Positions 9,513 through 19,504 of a stretch of 64,000 bases of DNA are shown here, in pieces. The notes beneath the pieces were generated by a model, which was not told where the DNA came from, searched no databases, and was given only the letters and a program-made list of their open reading frames with translations. The stretch is from NCBI GenBank assembly GCA_963794525.1, contig CAWCEC010000003.1, forward strand, positions 188,090 to 252,089, read 5' to 3'. The position numbers and the translations under genes were made by a program. Every line of letters begins with the position of its first letter. Positions within the stretch are counted from its first letter, which is position 1. Source of the DNA: an uncultured Chloroflexia bacterium (GTDB taxonomy: Bacteria; Chloroflexota; Limnocylindria; Limnocylindrales; CSP1-4).

Positions 9513-10450
9513 GCCCGTCCGCCCGCCGTCGCGAGTCGATCAAGGAGCGCCCGCCCCACCTCCGGCGGCACCCAGAGCTGGGCGTGGGTGGCTGCGTACG
9601 GGCCCAGGTCGCCGTGGTAGTCGCTGCCGCCGGTCGGGATGAGCCGGTTGGTCTCCGCCAGCGCGGCCATCGCGTCGACGGTCGACCGGTCGAACGACCG
9701 GTAATAGACCTCCAGACCGCCGAGGCCATGCTTAATGAGCTCGCGGATGACGTCCGGTCGCCCGGGTCCCTCGCGGAAGTGGGCGAGCACCGGGATGCCA
9801 CCGGCGGCCAGGATCGCGGCGATCGCGCCCTCCGGCCCGAGGCCCTCGCGTCGCACATAGCCCGGCCGGCCGTGTCCGATGATCCGGCTGAACGCGTCCT
9901 CGACCGTCGTCGCGAAGCCGGCGGAGATCAGCGCCCGAGCGATGGTCGGCCGGCCGATCGCGTCATCGTCCTGCGTTGCCAGTGCCTCGACCTGGGCGTC
10001 GATGGGCATCCCGATCTCGCGGAGGAGAGCGACCGTGCGTTCGAACCGACTCCGACGGGCCGCCCGTTGCGTCGCCAGCGCGGCCTCGAACGCCTCGTCG
10101 TCGGGATCCATCCCGAATCCGAGGATGTGCAGCTCCCACTCCCAGAGACCGATGTCGCGGGTGACGAGCGCGTTGATCTCGACGCCGGGGATCAGCGTCA
10201 TGCCGGGCGGGACGGCGTCGGCGATCCGGAGGTCCCGGTAGCCGGCGAGCGTGTCGTGGTCGGTCAGGGAGAGCGTCCTGACGCCGGCTGCGGCGGCGTC
10301 TCGGATCAGCTCGGCCGGGCTGAGGACGCCGTCCGATCGGGTCGAATGCGTGTGGAGGTCGACCGTCGACGGCCCGGGCGGGACAACGGCCCCCTCGAGC
10401 GCGCTCGGATCGTGGCGACGCGAACGGCGCGGCCGGGGTCGGTCGGACAT
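9464..10450 (-). CDS. PHP-domain metal-dependent phosphoesterase (TrpH/YciV-like)
   Basis: VDLHTHSTRSDGVLSPAELI is the N-terminal PHP histidine motif. GGSDYHG lies near the C-terminus. Confidence 0.8.
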   Translation of the reverse strand: MSDRPRPRRSRRHDPSALEGAVVPPGPSTVDLHTHSTRSDGVLSPAELIRDAAAAGVRTLSLTDHDTLAGYRDLRIADAVPPGMTLIPGVEINALVTRDIGLWEWELHILGFGMDPDDEAFEAALATQRAARRSRFERTVALLREIGMPIDAQVEALATQDDDAIGRPTIARALISAGFATTVEDAFSRIIGHGRPGYVRREGLGPEGAIAAILAAGGIPVLAHFREGPGRPDVIRELIKHGLGGLEVYYRSFDRSTVDAMAALAETNRLIPTGGSDYHGDLGPYAATHAQLWVPPEVGRALLDRLATAGGRAYDPAAPDAGSASSLR

Positions 10451-10461
10451 CGATGGAGGGG

Positions 10462-11340
10462 CTACAGCTCGACCAGCTGCTGGATGCGTTCGATGGCCAG
10501 CGCGCGGCCGGTCGCCGGGTCGATGTCGATCTGTGTCGCGTTGAACACCACCGGGCCGTCCCCGACCTCGAACCGCGTGGGCAGCGCATTGATGAACCGC
10601 GGCAGCACCGTCGCCGGATCGAACCCGATCACGCTCCAGACCGGCCCCGTCATGCCCAGATCCGTCTGGTACGCCGTCCCGCCCGGCAGGATCCGCTCAT
10701 CACCCGTGACGACGTGCGTATGCGTGCCCACCACCGCGCTCACGCGCCCATCGAGGTACAGCCCGAGCGCGTTCTTCTCGGACGTCAGCTCGCAATGGAA
10801 ATCGACCAGCCGGATCGGCGGCAGCGGCTCGGGCGCGGACGACTCGTCGAGGAGCGTGTCCGCGTCGGTGAACGGGTTCTCGATCGGTTGCATGTAGGTC
10901 CGGCCCTGGAGATTGATGACCGCGACGTGTGAGCCGTCGAGCGCATCGAACGTCCCCCATCCGCGACCCGGCACGTCGCGGGTGCCGTAGTTGTGCGGCC
11001 GCAGCACCCGCTCCGACGACTCGAGGTAGGGGTAGATCTCCTTCTTGTCCCAGATGTGATTGCCGGACGTAATGACATCGACGCCGGCGCCGAGCAGCGC
11101 ATCGGCCGTTGACGGGGTCAGACCCATGCCGCCGGCGACGTTCTCGCCGTTGGCCGTCACGAAGTCGATGCCGCGCGACTCGCGCAGCCCGGGCAGCAGC
11201 TGCTCGACCGCCTGGCGGCCCGGTTTGCCGATCATGTCGCCGATCATCAGGACGCGGCACGCGCCCGCGGGCCGCGGCGCATCCCCATTGGGCGTGTTGC
11301 CCAGACGCGTGCGCCCGACGACCGCAGAACCGTTCTCCAT
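10462..11340 (-). CDS. ymdB: YmdB-family metallophosphoesterase (2',3'-cyclic-nucleotide 2'-phosphodiesterase type)
   Basis: RVLMIGDMIGKPGRQAV...FVTANGENVAGGMGLT...GNHIWDKKE...GTHTHVVTGDERILPGGTAYQTDLGMTG. It shows the conserved rny-ymdB synteny. Confidence 0.85.
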   Translation of the reverse strand: MENGSAVVGRTRLGNTPNGDAPRPAGACRVLMIGDMIGKPGRQAVEQLLPGLRESRGIDFVTANGENVAGGMGLTPSTADALLGAGVDVITSGNHIWDKKEIYPYLESSERVLRPHNYGTRDVPGRGWGTFDALDGSHVAVINLQGRTYMQPIENPFTDADTLLDESSAPEPLPPIRLVDFHCELTSEKNALGLYLDGRVSAVVGTHTHVVTGDERILPGGTAYQTDLGMTGPVWSVIGFDPATVLPRFINALPTRFEVGDGPVVFNATQIDIDPATGRALAIERIQQLVEL

Positions 11341-11374
11341 CGCCGGAGTCTAGCGGCGGCGGTCCGCCACCCGC

Positions 11375-11575
11375 CTACGGTCGGCGCTTGACCGTCCCGT
11401 TCGCGACGCCGTCGCGCAGGACCTGCTCGGCGTCGTCCGGATCGTCGCGTTCGATCGCGTCGATGACGACGCCGGCTACCGCCGGGTCTTCGTCATCCAC
11501 CACGACATCGACGACGCGGTCGGCGTCAGCGAAGAAGATCTCGATGTGCCGCCCCGGTATCGATGATCGGGTCAT
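11375..11575 (-). CDS. hypothetical small acidic protein (66 aa)
   Basis: ORF between rny and ymdB on the same strand, with codon usage like its neighbours. There is no clear Shine-Dalgarno site and no recognisable motif. Confidence 0.3.
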   Translation of the reverse strand: MTRSSIPGRHIEIFFADADRVVDVVVDDEDPAVAGVVIDAIERDDPDDAEQVLRDGVANGTVKRRP

Positions 11576-11694
11576 GGTCGGACCGTAGTCCGGCGCATGT
11601 CACATCGGCGTTGCGGTCGCGACCCGTCTGGTGTCACGGACCAGAGCGCGTGATCCAGGCGGTGCACCGCCGCACCGGGCCCGGGCGACTCGAT

Positions 11695-13224
11695 CTACTT
11701 GGCGTACTCGACGGCGCGCGTCTCGCGGATGACGGTGACCTTGATCTGGCCCGGATAGGTCAGCTGCTCCTCGATCTTCTTGACCACGTCGCGAGCCAGC
11801 CGCGTCGCGGTCAGGTCGTCGATCTCCTCGGGGCGGACCAGGATCCGCACCTCGCGGCCGGCCTGGACGGCGAACGAGCGCTCGACGCCTCCGAAGCTCT
11901 CGGCGATGGCCTGCAGGTCCTCGAGCCGCTTGACGTATGTGTCCATCGTCTCGCCACGGGCACCCGGCCGTGACGCACTGATCGCGTCGGCGACCTGGAC
12001 GATCGGCGCCTCGAGACAGGCGTACTCGACCTCCTGGTGGTGGGCCGCGATGCCATTTATGACCTTGAACGGCAGGTTGTGGCGCTGGGCGATCTGGGCA
12101 CCGATGGCCGCGTGCGGGCCTTCGACCTCGTGATCGACCGCCTTCCCGATGTCGTGGAGCAGCCCGCCCATCTTGGCGACCTGGACGTCGGCGCCCATCT
12201 CCGCCGCGATGACCGCCGCCAGGTGGCTGGTCTCGACGACGTGGTTCAGGACGTTCTGGCCGTAGCTGGTGCGGTACTTGAGCCGACCCAGCAGCTTGAT
12301 GATCTCGGCCGGGAGCCCGGGGACGCCGGACTCATAGGCGGCCTGCTCGCCGGCTTGGCGGATGACGAGGTCGACCTCGGCGCGGGCCTTGGCGACGACC
12401 TCCTCGATGCGACCGGGGTGGATGCGACCGTCGGCGATGAGCTTCGTGATCGCGATCCGGGCGACCTCGCGACGGACCGGGTCGAAGCCGCTGAGGACGA
12501 CCGTCTCGGGGGTGTCGTCGATGATCAGGTCGATGCCGGTCGCCTGCTCCAGCGCCCGGATGTTGCGACCCTCGCGGCCGATGATGCGGCCCTTCATCTC
12601 GTCAGACGGAAGGTGGACCACGCTTACGGTGTGCTCGGCCGTGTGGTCGGCAGCGACTCGCTGCATGGCGGTGAGAACGATGTCGCGAGCGCGATCCTGG
12701 GCTTCCTCACGCGCGGAGCGCTCGATGGCACGCGCCAGCTTGACCGCGTCGTGCTCCGCCTCTACCCGCACGGCTTCGAGCAGCATCGTCTTGGCCTGGT
12801 CGGCGCTGAGCCCTGATACGCGCTCGAGAGCGATGACCTGCTCCTGTGTCGCGCGGGCGAGGTCCTCCTTGGCCTTGTCGATCTCGCGCTCGCGGTCGAT
12901 GAGCTTCCGATCACGCTGCTCGAGCATTTCCGCCCGCTGGTCGAGCTGTTCGTCGCGCTGCGTCAGCCGGCGCTCCTGCGACGTCAGTTCGTTGCGGCGC
13001 GCTCGAGCCTCTTCCTCCGCCTCACGCCCGAGGCGCAGCTTCTCGTCCTTGGCCTCGAGGATCAGTTCCTTCTGACGGGCTCGTGCCTCCGCCTCGATCC
13101 GGCGGGCCTCGGCTTGTGCCGCCTTCATGCCCTGTGACGCCCACATCGTCCGAACCAGGGCGCCGAGCAACAGTCCGCCGACGGCGGCCAGCAACGCCAC
13201 CGCCACCACGATCGGTGTCTCCAT
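11695..13224 (-). CDS. rny: ribonuclease Y
   Basis: 509 aa. It has an N-terminal TM helix, a charged coiled-coil, a KH domain ([15 protein letters not shown]) and an HD domain ([12 protein letters not shown]). Confidence 0.95.
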   Translation of the reverse strand: METPIVVAVALLAAVGGLLLGALVRTMWASQGMKAAQAEARRIEAEARARQKELILEAKDEKLRLGREAEEEARARRNELTSQERRLTQRDEQLDQRAEMLEQRDRKLIDREREIDKAKEDLARATQEQVIALERVSGLSADQAKTMLLEAVRVEAEHDAVKLARAIERSAREEAQDRARDIVLTAMQRVAADHTAEHTVSVVHLPSDEMKGRIIGREGRNIRALEQATGIDLIIDDTPETVVLSGFDPVRREVARIAITKLIADGRIHPGRIEEVVAKARAEVDLVIRQAGEQAAYESGVPGLPAEIIKLLGRLKYRTSYGQNVLNHVVETSHLAAVIAAEMGADVQVAKMGGLLHDIGKAVDHEVEGPHAAIGAQIAQRHNLPFKVINGIAAHHQEVEYACLEAPIVQVADAISASRPGARGETMDTYVKRLEDLQAIAESFGGVERSFAVQAGREVRILVRPEEIDDLTATRLARDVVKKIEEQLTYPGQIKVTVIRETRAVEYAK

Positions 13225-13500
13225 CGGTTTCCTCCCATCCGGACCGGATCATGCGGCCGGACGCATCACGTATGCGAAGGCACGATCACGAAGGTCGAGG
13301 GGGGATCGGCGCCGCATGATGGCGGTGCCTGGTGTCGGGCCGTCACTGGGGACGGTCCGGGCCCCCTCGTGGGCCGCGATCGGGCCGATGTGTTCGTTCG
13401 GAACGCCAGTAATGCGGCGCCTGGAACGTCCGACTAGCGTAGGGCCGGGGCGCGGACGGGTCAAACATCCGGCGGAGTCGGATGCGCCGGTCGGCCCGCC

Positions 13501-13667
13501 TGGAACATCACGATGTTCCAATCAGCGCCTGAGCGGGGGTCGAGGCCCGCGTCCGCCGCCGAATGGAACCTTCTGGGTGTTCCAAGGGACGAAGGAAGGC
13601 AGGAATCGGGCGGGAATCGAGTGTCGTTCAGGCGCTCAGCCCGAGATTGGAACTTAGGGATGTTCCA
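13501..13667. repeat. cluster A of the TGGAAC-N8/9-GTTCCA palindromic repeat family (3 copies)
   Basis: 13501-13520 TGGAACATCACGATGTTCCA; 13564-13584 TGGAACCTTCTGGGTGTTCCA; 13648-13667 TGGAACTTAGGGATGTTCCA. The flank ATCAGCGCCTGAGCG after copy 1 and TCAGGCGCTCAGCC before copy 3 are related as reverse complements. Homologous copies occur at 42.5 kb and 62.9 kb. Confidence 0.85.
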
Positions 13668-13772
13668 GGCGCGATCGGGACGGCGATCGCCGCCGGTGAT
13701 CGGGCCTCGTACCGCTGGACATGCGACGACGGCGCCGGAAGTCACGGCGCCGTCGTCGATGCGGCGAAGGAG

Positions 13773-14531
13773 CTAGTTCGTGCCCTTGCCCTGCTGCCTG
13801 GCGGCCTTGGCGGCCTCGCGGGCGGCCTTCGCGGCTTCCCGGGCTGCCTTACGCTCGGCCTTGGCGGCATCGCGTTCCGCCTTGGCGGCTTCCCGCGCCG
13901 CCTTCGCGGCCTCGTGGTCTTTCTTGGCTGCCTCGCTGACGGCGCCGCCGTGGTTGCAGTTCTTGCCGCCCATGGCATCGGACTGCGCGACGGTGGAGAC
14001 CCACTTGCCGTGGCCGTTCTTCTGCTCATCGAGCGCCGGGTTCCGCTCAGGTGGAGCCACTTCCACACAGTCGGCGGCCGGCGCTGCGGCTTCCTCTTGC
14101 GTCGTGGTCTCCTCCTCGCACGTCGTCGCAGCCGCGGCATCGACCGAGGGGCCGGTCACCAGGGCCGGCGCCGGTTCGGCGACCGGATCCGGGCACGAGC
14201 CATGCGCGACCCAGCTGACATACCCGCCGTGGTTGCAGTTCTTGCCACCGATGCGGTCGCTCTGGGCGGCCTCGGACACCGAGATCGTCTCGTCACCGTC
14301 GAGGTCGACGGCCGCTTCGGCCTCAGCCGCGGCGGTCTCGTCTGGCTCGACGGTCGCCGGGTCTTCGCACGTGTCGTCGATATCGTTGCCGTTCGAGTCG
14401 ACGAACGCAGCGACCATGCCGGTCGGCCCGGTCGCGGTCTGGGCCAGCTGGCCGGCCGCGAAAACAGTCAGGATGAGGGCGACCACGAGGACCCAGATCG
14501 GGGTCAACCTGGTCGATCGAAGGGAATACAC
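13773..14531 (-). CDS. hypothetical secreted/membrane-anchored repeat protein
   Basis: GTG start with GGAAGGAG upstream. It has an N-terminal signal/anchor (LTPIWVLVVALILTVFAAG). Two copies of a Cys module AQSDxxGGKNCNHGGxVS are present. The C-terminus is an Ala/Lys/Arg/Glu-rich repetitive tail (AAKAAREAAKAERDAAKAERKAAREAAKAAREAAKAARQ). Confidence 0.65.
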   Translation of the reverse strand: MYSLRSTRLTPIWVLVVALILTVFAAGQLAQTATGPTGMVAAFVDSNGNDIDDTCEDPATVEPDETAAAEAEAAVDLDGDETISVSEAAQSDRIGGKNCNHGGYVSWVAHGSCPDPVAEPAPALVTGPSVDAAAATTCEEETTTQEEAAAPAADCVEVAPPERNPALDEQKNGHGKWVSTVAQSDAMGGKNCNHGGAVSEAAKKDHEAAKAAREAAKAERDAAKAERKAAREAAKAAREAAKAARQQGKGTN

Positions 14532-14724
14532 CGCGTCTCTTTCTCCTTCCCCCGGAGTCAGGGACGTCGCCGGCGATCGCCGGGATCAGCACCGAATCCG
14601 AGTATCCCGGAGGCGAACGCGACCCACACCCTGACGATGGTCCGGGGCTGTGGCGCTGGCGATCGGTCTGGGGGTGTCCGATGCGGTGTCCGAGGTCACC
14701 ATAGCATCGGCGCCCCGCCTCGGC

Positions 14725-15303
14725 CTACGTCGAGAGGCTCCGGTCCAGGTCGTCGTCCGGCTCGTCCGACTCCGTAGCCGTCACGCGCGCGGCCACATCC
14801 CGACACGTCTCCGGGTCGAACCCGTTGCGAGCCAGGAGCGCGTAGGCCCGCTCGCGTCGCCGGCGCGGATCGGCGATCCGGTCGAGCGCCCGCGCGTGCT
14901 TCTCGAGGAGGCGCTCCGCGGCGTCACGGTCTGGCGCCAGTGCCACACCCTCGCCCGACTGGCGCTCGTCGAGCACGGCATCGACGAGCGCTCGGTCGAT
15001 GCCCTTCAGCCGGAGCTCGTTCTGGAGCGCGCGCTCCCCGCGCGGCCGCGCTCGATCGCGCGATTCGACCCAGGCGCGAGCGAACGCCTCGTCGTCGAGC
15101 ATCCCGAGGTCGCCTAACCGCGCGATCGCGCCATCGATGAGATCGGCCCGGTAGCCGGCACTCGTCAGCCGCCGACGGACCTCGGCGACGGACCGCGACC
15201 GTGTCTCGAGAAAGCGCGCGGCCGCCTCTAGCACGACCGCCGGATCCTCGACCGCGGCGCGCCGCTCACGCCGCTCGGCGAATGTCTCGCGCCTCCTCGG
15301 CAC
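14725..15303 (-). CDS. recX: recombination regulator RecX
   Basis: 192 aa, immediately downstream of recA. It has the RecX-type helical repeats (FLETRSRSVAEVRRRLTSAGY...DDEAFARAWVESR...YALLARNGF). Confidence 0.85.
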   Translation of the reverse strand: MPRRRETFAERRERRAAVEDPAVVLEAAARFLETRSRSVAEVRRRLTSAGYRADLIDGAIARLGDLGMLDDEAFARAWVESRDRARPRGERALQNELRLKGIDRALVDAVLDERQSGEGVALAPDRDAAERLLEKHARALDRIADPRRRRERAYALLARNGFDPETCRDVAARVTATESDEPDDDLDRSLST

Positions 15304-15315
15304 GGCGACGCTCGC

Positions 15316-16372
15316 CTATTCCGCCTCCTCGATTCCCTCCACGGGTATGGGCGTCTCGGTGATCCTGCCGCGGATCTGCGACTCGATCGCCGCGGCGATG
15401 TCGGGACTGGTCTTGAGGAAGTCCTTGGACGCCTCGCGTCCCTGGCCCAGCCGCGTCTCGCCGAAGTTGAACCAGGCGCCGGTCTTGGAAACGACGTCCA
15501 TCGCCACGCCGACGTCGAGCAGGCCTCCTTCCTTGGAGATCCCCTCGCCGTACATGATGTCGAACTCGGCGACCCGGAACGGCGCCGCGACCTTGTTCTT
15601 CACGACCTTGACCCGGGCCCGGTTACCGACCGACTCGGTGCCCGTCTTGATGGTCTCCACGCGACGGATGTCCAGACGGACCGAGGCGTAGAACTTCAGC
15701 GCTCGGCCGCCGGGCGTGGTCTCCGGGTTGCCGAACATGACGCCGATCTTCTCGCGCAGTTGGTTCGTGAAGACGAGCGCAGTGTTGGAGCGCGAGACGG
15801 CGCCGGTCAGCTTGCGCAACGCCTGGCTCATCAGCCGGGCCTGGATGCCGACGAACGAGTCGCCCATCTCGCCTTCGATCTCGGCGCGCGGCACGAGCGC
15901 CGCGACAGAGTCGACCACGACGCAGTCGATGCCGCCGGAGCGGATCAGGGTCTCGGTGATCTCGAGCGCCTGCTCGCCGGTGTCCGGCTGCGAAACGAGC
16001 AGCTCATCCACGTTGACGCCGCACGCGCGGGCGTAGGCAGGATCGAGGGCGTGCTCGACATCGATGAAGGCGACGACCCCGCCGCGCGCCTGGGCTTCGG
16101 CCAGCACGTGCTGGCAGACCGTGGTCTTGCCCGACGACTCAGGGCCGAAGATCTCGGTGATGCGGCCGCGTGGGATGCCTCCGACGCCAAGCGCGAGGTC
16201 GAGCGCGATCGAGCCGGTCGGGATCGAATTCGACGGCCTGCCGCTCGGCCGAGCCGAGCTTCATGATTGCCCCGCGGCCGAACTGCTTCTCGATCGCCGA
16301 TAGCGCCGCATCGACGGCCTTGCCGCGTTCCGCCAGAGCGCGCTCCGCCGCGCGCTCGTCCGTCATCGCCAT
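15316..16372 (-). CDS. recA: recombinase RecA, one frameshift as given
   Basis: ORF 16139..16372 gives ...[24 protein letters not shown] one-base shift at about 16225 restores [45 protein letters not shown], which includes the Walker A motif. That stretch is continuous with ORF 15316..16107 ([20 protein letters not shown]...). Confidence 0.9.
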
Positions 16373-16442
16373 CCGTTCACGCTCCTCATCGATCGGTCCA
16401 TCCCGTCAGCGGAGCCTTCACCGGTGGCGTCCGTCCGGCCGG

Positions 16443-16607
16443 TCAGGCCTCGTCCGTGTCGTCCTCGACGACTGGCTTCTCCTTGCGCGGCTTTCGGATC
16501 ACCTCGACGTTCTGCGGGAGCTCCGAAAGCGGCGCGAGACTCGGTTGGGCGAGCTTGGCCTTCGGCTTCTTCTTCGCCTCTTTGCCCGGTCGATTGCGTT
16601 GGCCCAT
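16443..16607 (-). CDS. hypothetical small basic protein (54 aa), below the ORF-track size cutoff
   Basis: Own translation: MGQRNRPGKEAKKKPKAKLAQPSLAPLSELPQNVEVIRKPRKEKPVVEDDTDEA. GGAGG lies 7 nt upstream of the ATG. It sits between tgt and recA on the same strand. Confidence 0.35.
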   Translation of the reverse strand: MGQRNRPGKEAKKKPKAKLAQPSLAPLSELPQNVEVIRKPRKEKPVVEDDTDEA

Positions 16608-16649
16608 CGCGTCGCCTCCGCGTCGTCATCCAGCGTACTGACCGATCCT

Positions 16650-17855
16650 TCACGCCGACTGCTCGGCCGCTTCACCGCCGCTTATCCGGCCCGCGCGGGA
16701 GCGCAACTCGGACATCTCGGCTGGGAACGTACCGGCCCGGATCGAGGCTCGGATCCTGGCCATGAAGTCTAGGGTGAAGGTCAGGTTGTGACAAGTCGCG
16801 AGACGGTACGCGAGCAGCTCTTTGGCCCGGAACAGATGCGCCAGATAGGCCCGCGAGAACCCCCGGCAGAGCAGGCACGGGCAGTCCTCCTGGACCGGCC
16901 CGGGGTCGTCCAGGAACTCGCGGTTGCGCAAGTTCAGCCGGCCACCCGGCACCCACAGCTGCCCGTTCCGAGCGACGCGCGCCGGCAGCACGCTGTCGAA
17001 CAGGTCGATGCCCCGATGGACCGCCTCGAGCAGGTCGGCCGGTGAGCCAAGCCCCATCAGGTAGCGCGGCCGCGGGTCGTCGGCCAGGAGCGGGATCGCG
17101 ACATCGAGCGCCGCGTCGCGCTCCTCGGGCGTCTCATCGCCGGCGAGCCCACCGATGCAGATGCCGTCGAACGGCAGCCCCGCGATGAACTCGGTGGATG
17201 CGGCGCGAAGCTCGGAGTCGAGGCCGCCCTGGACGATGCCGAACATGGCCTGGTCGGGCCGCGTATGCGCCGCCAGCGACCGCTCCGCCCAGCGATGCGT
17301 GCGCGCCGTGGCGTCTGCGACGACGTCACGGGGCGAGCTCGGGTAGACGGGCTGGTCGAATGCGACCGCGACATCCGACCCCAGCGCTTCTTGGACCGCC
17401 GTCGCGTGCTCCGGTGTGAAGCGGTGCATCGAGCCATCGAGGTGCGAGCGAAAGGTCACGCCGTCCTCGTCGACCACCCGCAGGTCGCCGAGCGACACGA
17501 CCTGGAACCCCCCGGAGTCGGTCAGGATCGGGCGCTCCCAGCTCATGAACCGGTGCAGGCCGCCAAGCCGGCCGATCCGCTCGTGGCCGGGTCGCAGGTA
17601 GAGGTGGTACGTGTTGGCCAGGATGATCGTGGCGCCGGTCGCCTCGATGTCGTCGGGTGACAACGCCTTGACCGCGGCGTTGGTCCCCACCGGCATGAAC
17701 TGTGGCGTTTCGACCGGTCCGTGCGGCAGCGTCAGCACTCCGGTCCGTGCCCGCGTCGAGCCGTCCGATGGGGCCGGCGCGGTCACCTCGTAGCGCGTCG
17801 ACGACGAGACGAACGGTCCGATCACGCCTCGTCCGTCGCGGCGGCGTCGTCCCAC
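16650..17855 (-). CDS. tgt: tRNA-guanine transglycosylase (queuine tRNA-ribosyltransferase)
   Basis: [25 protein letters not shown], and the zinc site [17 protein letters not shown]. The start is uncertain: ATG 17855 overlaps ruvB by 34 nt, and the alternative GTG 17825 forms a GTGA overlap with the ruvB stop. Confidence 0.9.
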   Translation of the reverse strand: MGRRRRDGRGVIGPFVSSSTRYEVTAPAPSDGSTRARTGVLTLPHGPVETPQFMPVGTNAAVKALSPDDIEATGATIILANTYHLYLRPGHERIGRLGGLHRFMSWERPILTDSGGFQVVSLGDLRVVDEDGVTFRSHLDGSMHRFTPEHATAVQEALGSDVAVAFDQPVYPSSPRDVVADATARTHRWAERSLAAHTRPDQAMFGIVQGGLDSELRAASTEFIAGLPFDGICIGGLAGDETPEERDAALDVAIPLLADDPRPRYLMGLGSPADLLEAVHRGIDLFDSVLPARVARNGQLWVPGGRLNLRNREFLDDPGPVQEDCPCLLCRGFSRAYLAHLFRAKELLAYRLATCHNLTFTLDFMARIRASIRAGTFPAEMSELRSRAGRISGGEAAEQSA

Positions 17856-18916
17856 AGGCTCGGCATGCCAGCTTCCGCCCGTCGCGGGGGCGGGATCTCG
17901 TAGCCGAGCCCCGAGAGATGCGCCCGACCGAGGTCCGTCGCGATGCGGCCTTGGGGCGTGCGGTCGATGAACCCGAGGCGCAGCAGGAACGGTTCGTGGA
18001 CGTCCTCGATGGTGTCGACCTCCTCGGACAGCACCGCCGCGAGGGCGGCGACCCCGACCGGGCCCGACCCGAACTTCTGGACGATCGCCGCAAGGAGCTT
18101 GCGATCGGACGAGTCGAGGCCTTCGTCATCGATCTCCATGCGCCGCATCGCGTCGCGTGCGGTGTCCTCGTGGACGCGCCCGTCGCCGTGCACCTGGGCG
18201 TGGTCGCGGACGCGCTTGAGCAGTCGATTCACGATGCGCGGCGTGCCACGGCCGCGCCGGGCGATCGCGCGGGTCGCCTCGGCATCGATGGGCACGGCCA
18301 GGATCTCCGCCGAGCGATCGACGATCTCCGCGAGCTCGTCCTCCGTGTAGAAGTCGAGCCGATAGGTCGCGCCGAAGCGGTCACGCAACGGGGAACTGAT
18401 CCGGCCCGCACGGGTCGTCGCGCCGACGATCGTGAAGGGCTTGAGGCTCAGGCGGAGACTGCGCGCGCTCGGGCCTTTCCCGATCATCACGTCGAGCGCG
18501 AAGTCCTCCATCGCCGGGTACAGGATCTCCTCGACGGCGCGGTTGAGTCGGTGCACCTCGTCGATGAACAGGACGTCGCGTTCGTCGAGCGAGGTCAGGA
18601 TCGCAGCGAGGTCGCCGGCGCGCTCGATGGCTGGGCCGGAGGTGTAGCGCACGTTCACCCCGAGCTCGCGGGCGACGATCGTGGCGAGCGTGGTCTTGCC
18701 GAGGCCTGGGGGCCCGTACAGCAGGATGTGATCGGCGGCTTCTCCCCTGCCCTTCGCAGCCTGGAGCAGCACCGACAGGTTGGCCTTGACCTCGGCCTGG
18801 CCGATGTACTCGCCCAGTGTCTTGGGCCGGAGCGATCCCTCGACGATGGGGTCGATCTCCTCGTCGTCGTCGAGCTCGGCGGACAGGATCCGAAGGCTGG
18901 TGGCGTCGTCGACCAT
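17822..18916 (-). CDS. ruvB: Holliday junction branch migration helicase RuvB
   Basis: [12 protein letters not shown], Walker [12 protein letters not shown], and DEVHRL. The start is taken at ATG 18916 (MVDDATSL); the ORF is open back to 18958. Confidence 0.9.
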   Translation of the reverse strand: MVDDATSLRILSAELDDDEEIDPIVEGSLRPKTLGEYIGQAEVKANLSVLLQAAKGRGEAADHILLYGPPGLGKTTLATIVARELGVNVRYTSGPAIERAGDLAAILTSLDERDVLFIDEVHRLNRAVEEILYPAMEDFALDVMIGKGPSARSLRLSLKPFTIVGATTRAGRISSPLRDRFGATYRLDFYTEDELAEIVDRSAEILAVPIDAEATRAIARRGRGTPRIVNRLLKRVRDHAQVHGDGRVHEDTARDAMRRMEIDDEGLDSSDRKLLAAIVQKFGSGPVGVAALAAVLSEEVDTIEDVHEPFLLRLGFIDRTPQGRIATDLGRAHLSGLGYEIPPPRRAEAGMPSLWDDAAATDEA

Positions 18917-19027
18917 CGCGCGCGATGGTAGCACAGCCCGCCGCGATTTCGCACGCATGTTCTAGGCGAGGCAGGCCGGCTCGAAGTCCCACCACGCGAC
19001 TAGGGATTCGCGTCTACCATTCCGCCG

Positions 19028-19504
19028 ATGCGCCTGTCCCGCCGATCCGAATACGGTCTTCGCGCGCTCGTGGACCTCATCCGCAACGACGGCTCGGGCC
19101 CGGTCGCACTGGCCGCACTGGCGCAGCGCAACAACCTGCCGGTGAAGTTCCTCGAGCAGATCATGGCCACCCTCAAGCACGGCGGGATCGTGCGCACGAC
19201 GCTCGGCGCGCACGGCGGCTACGCGATCGACGCCGATCCATCGACCATCACGATCGGCCGGGTCGTGCGACTGCTGGACGGCGCGCTGGCGCCCCTTCCC
19301 TGCGTCTCGCTCCGGTTCTACGGCCGATGTTCGTGCCCTGACGAAGCCACGTGCCCGCTGCGCGATGTGATGATCGATGTGCGCGACGCCATGCTCGACA
19401 TCCTCGACCGCGAGTCGATCGCCCAGATGGCCGCCCGCCAGGGCCAGTCATCGATCGACCCGCGTGGCATCCACGCGGACGCCCTCGCCGGCAAGCGTCC
19501 CTGA
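19028..19504 (+). CDS. Rrf2 family transcriptional regulator (IscR/NsrR-like, three Cys)
   Basis: MRLSRRSEYGLRALVDL...LPVKFLEQIMATLKHGGIV is a winged-helix region. The Cys cluster is LPCVSLRFYGRCSCPDEATCPL. Confidence 0.85.
   Translation: MRLSRRSEYGLRALVDLIRNDGSGPVALAALAQRNNLPVKFLEQIMATLKHGGIVRTTLGAHGGYAIDADPSTITIGRVVRLLDGALAPLPCVSLRFYGRCSCPDEATCPLRDVMIDVRDAMLDILDRESIAQMAARQGQSSIDPRGIHADALAGKRP

Noticed and set aside
13501-13667. LexA/SOS (Cheo-type) boxes, because of the GAAC...GTTC cores near recA-recX
   Set aside because: The half-site spacing is 8-9 nt rather than 4. The sites lie downstream of recA-recX and upstream of rny, not upstream of recA. The same element with conserved 15-40 nt flanks recurs upstream of infC and in a 3-prime/3-prime gap, which fits a repeat family better than a regulon operator.
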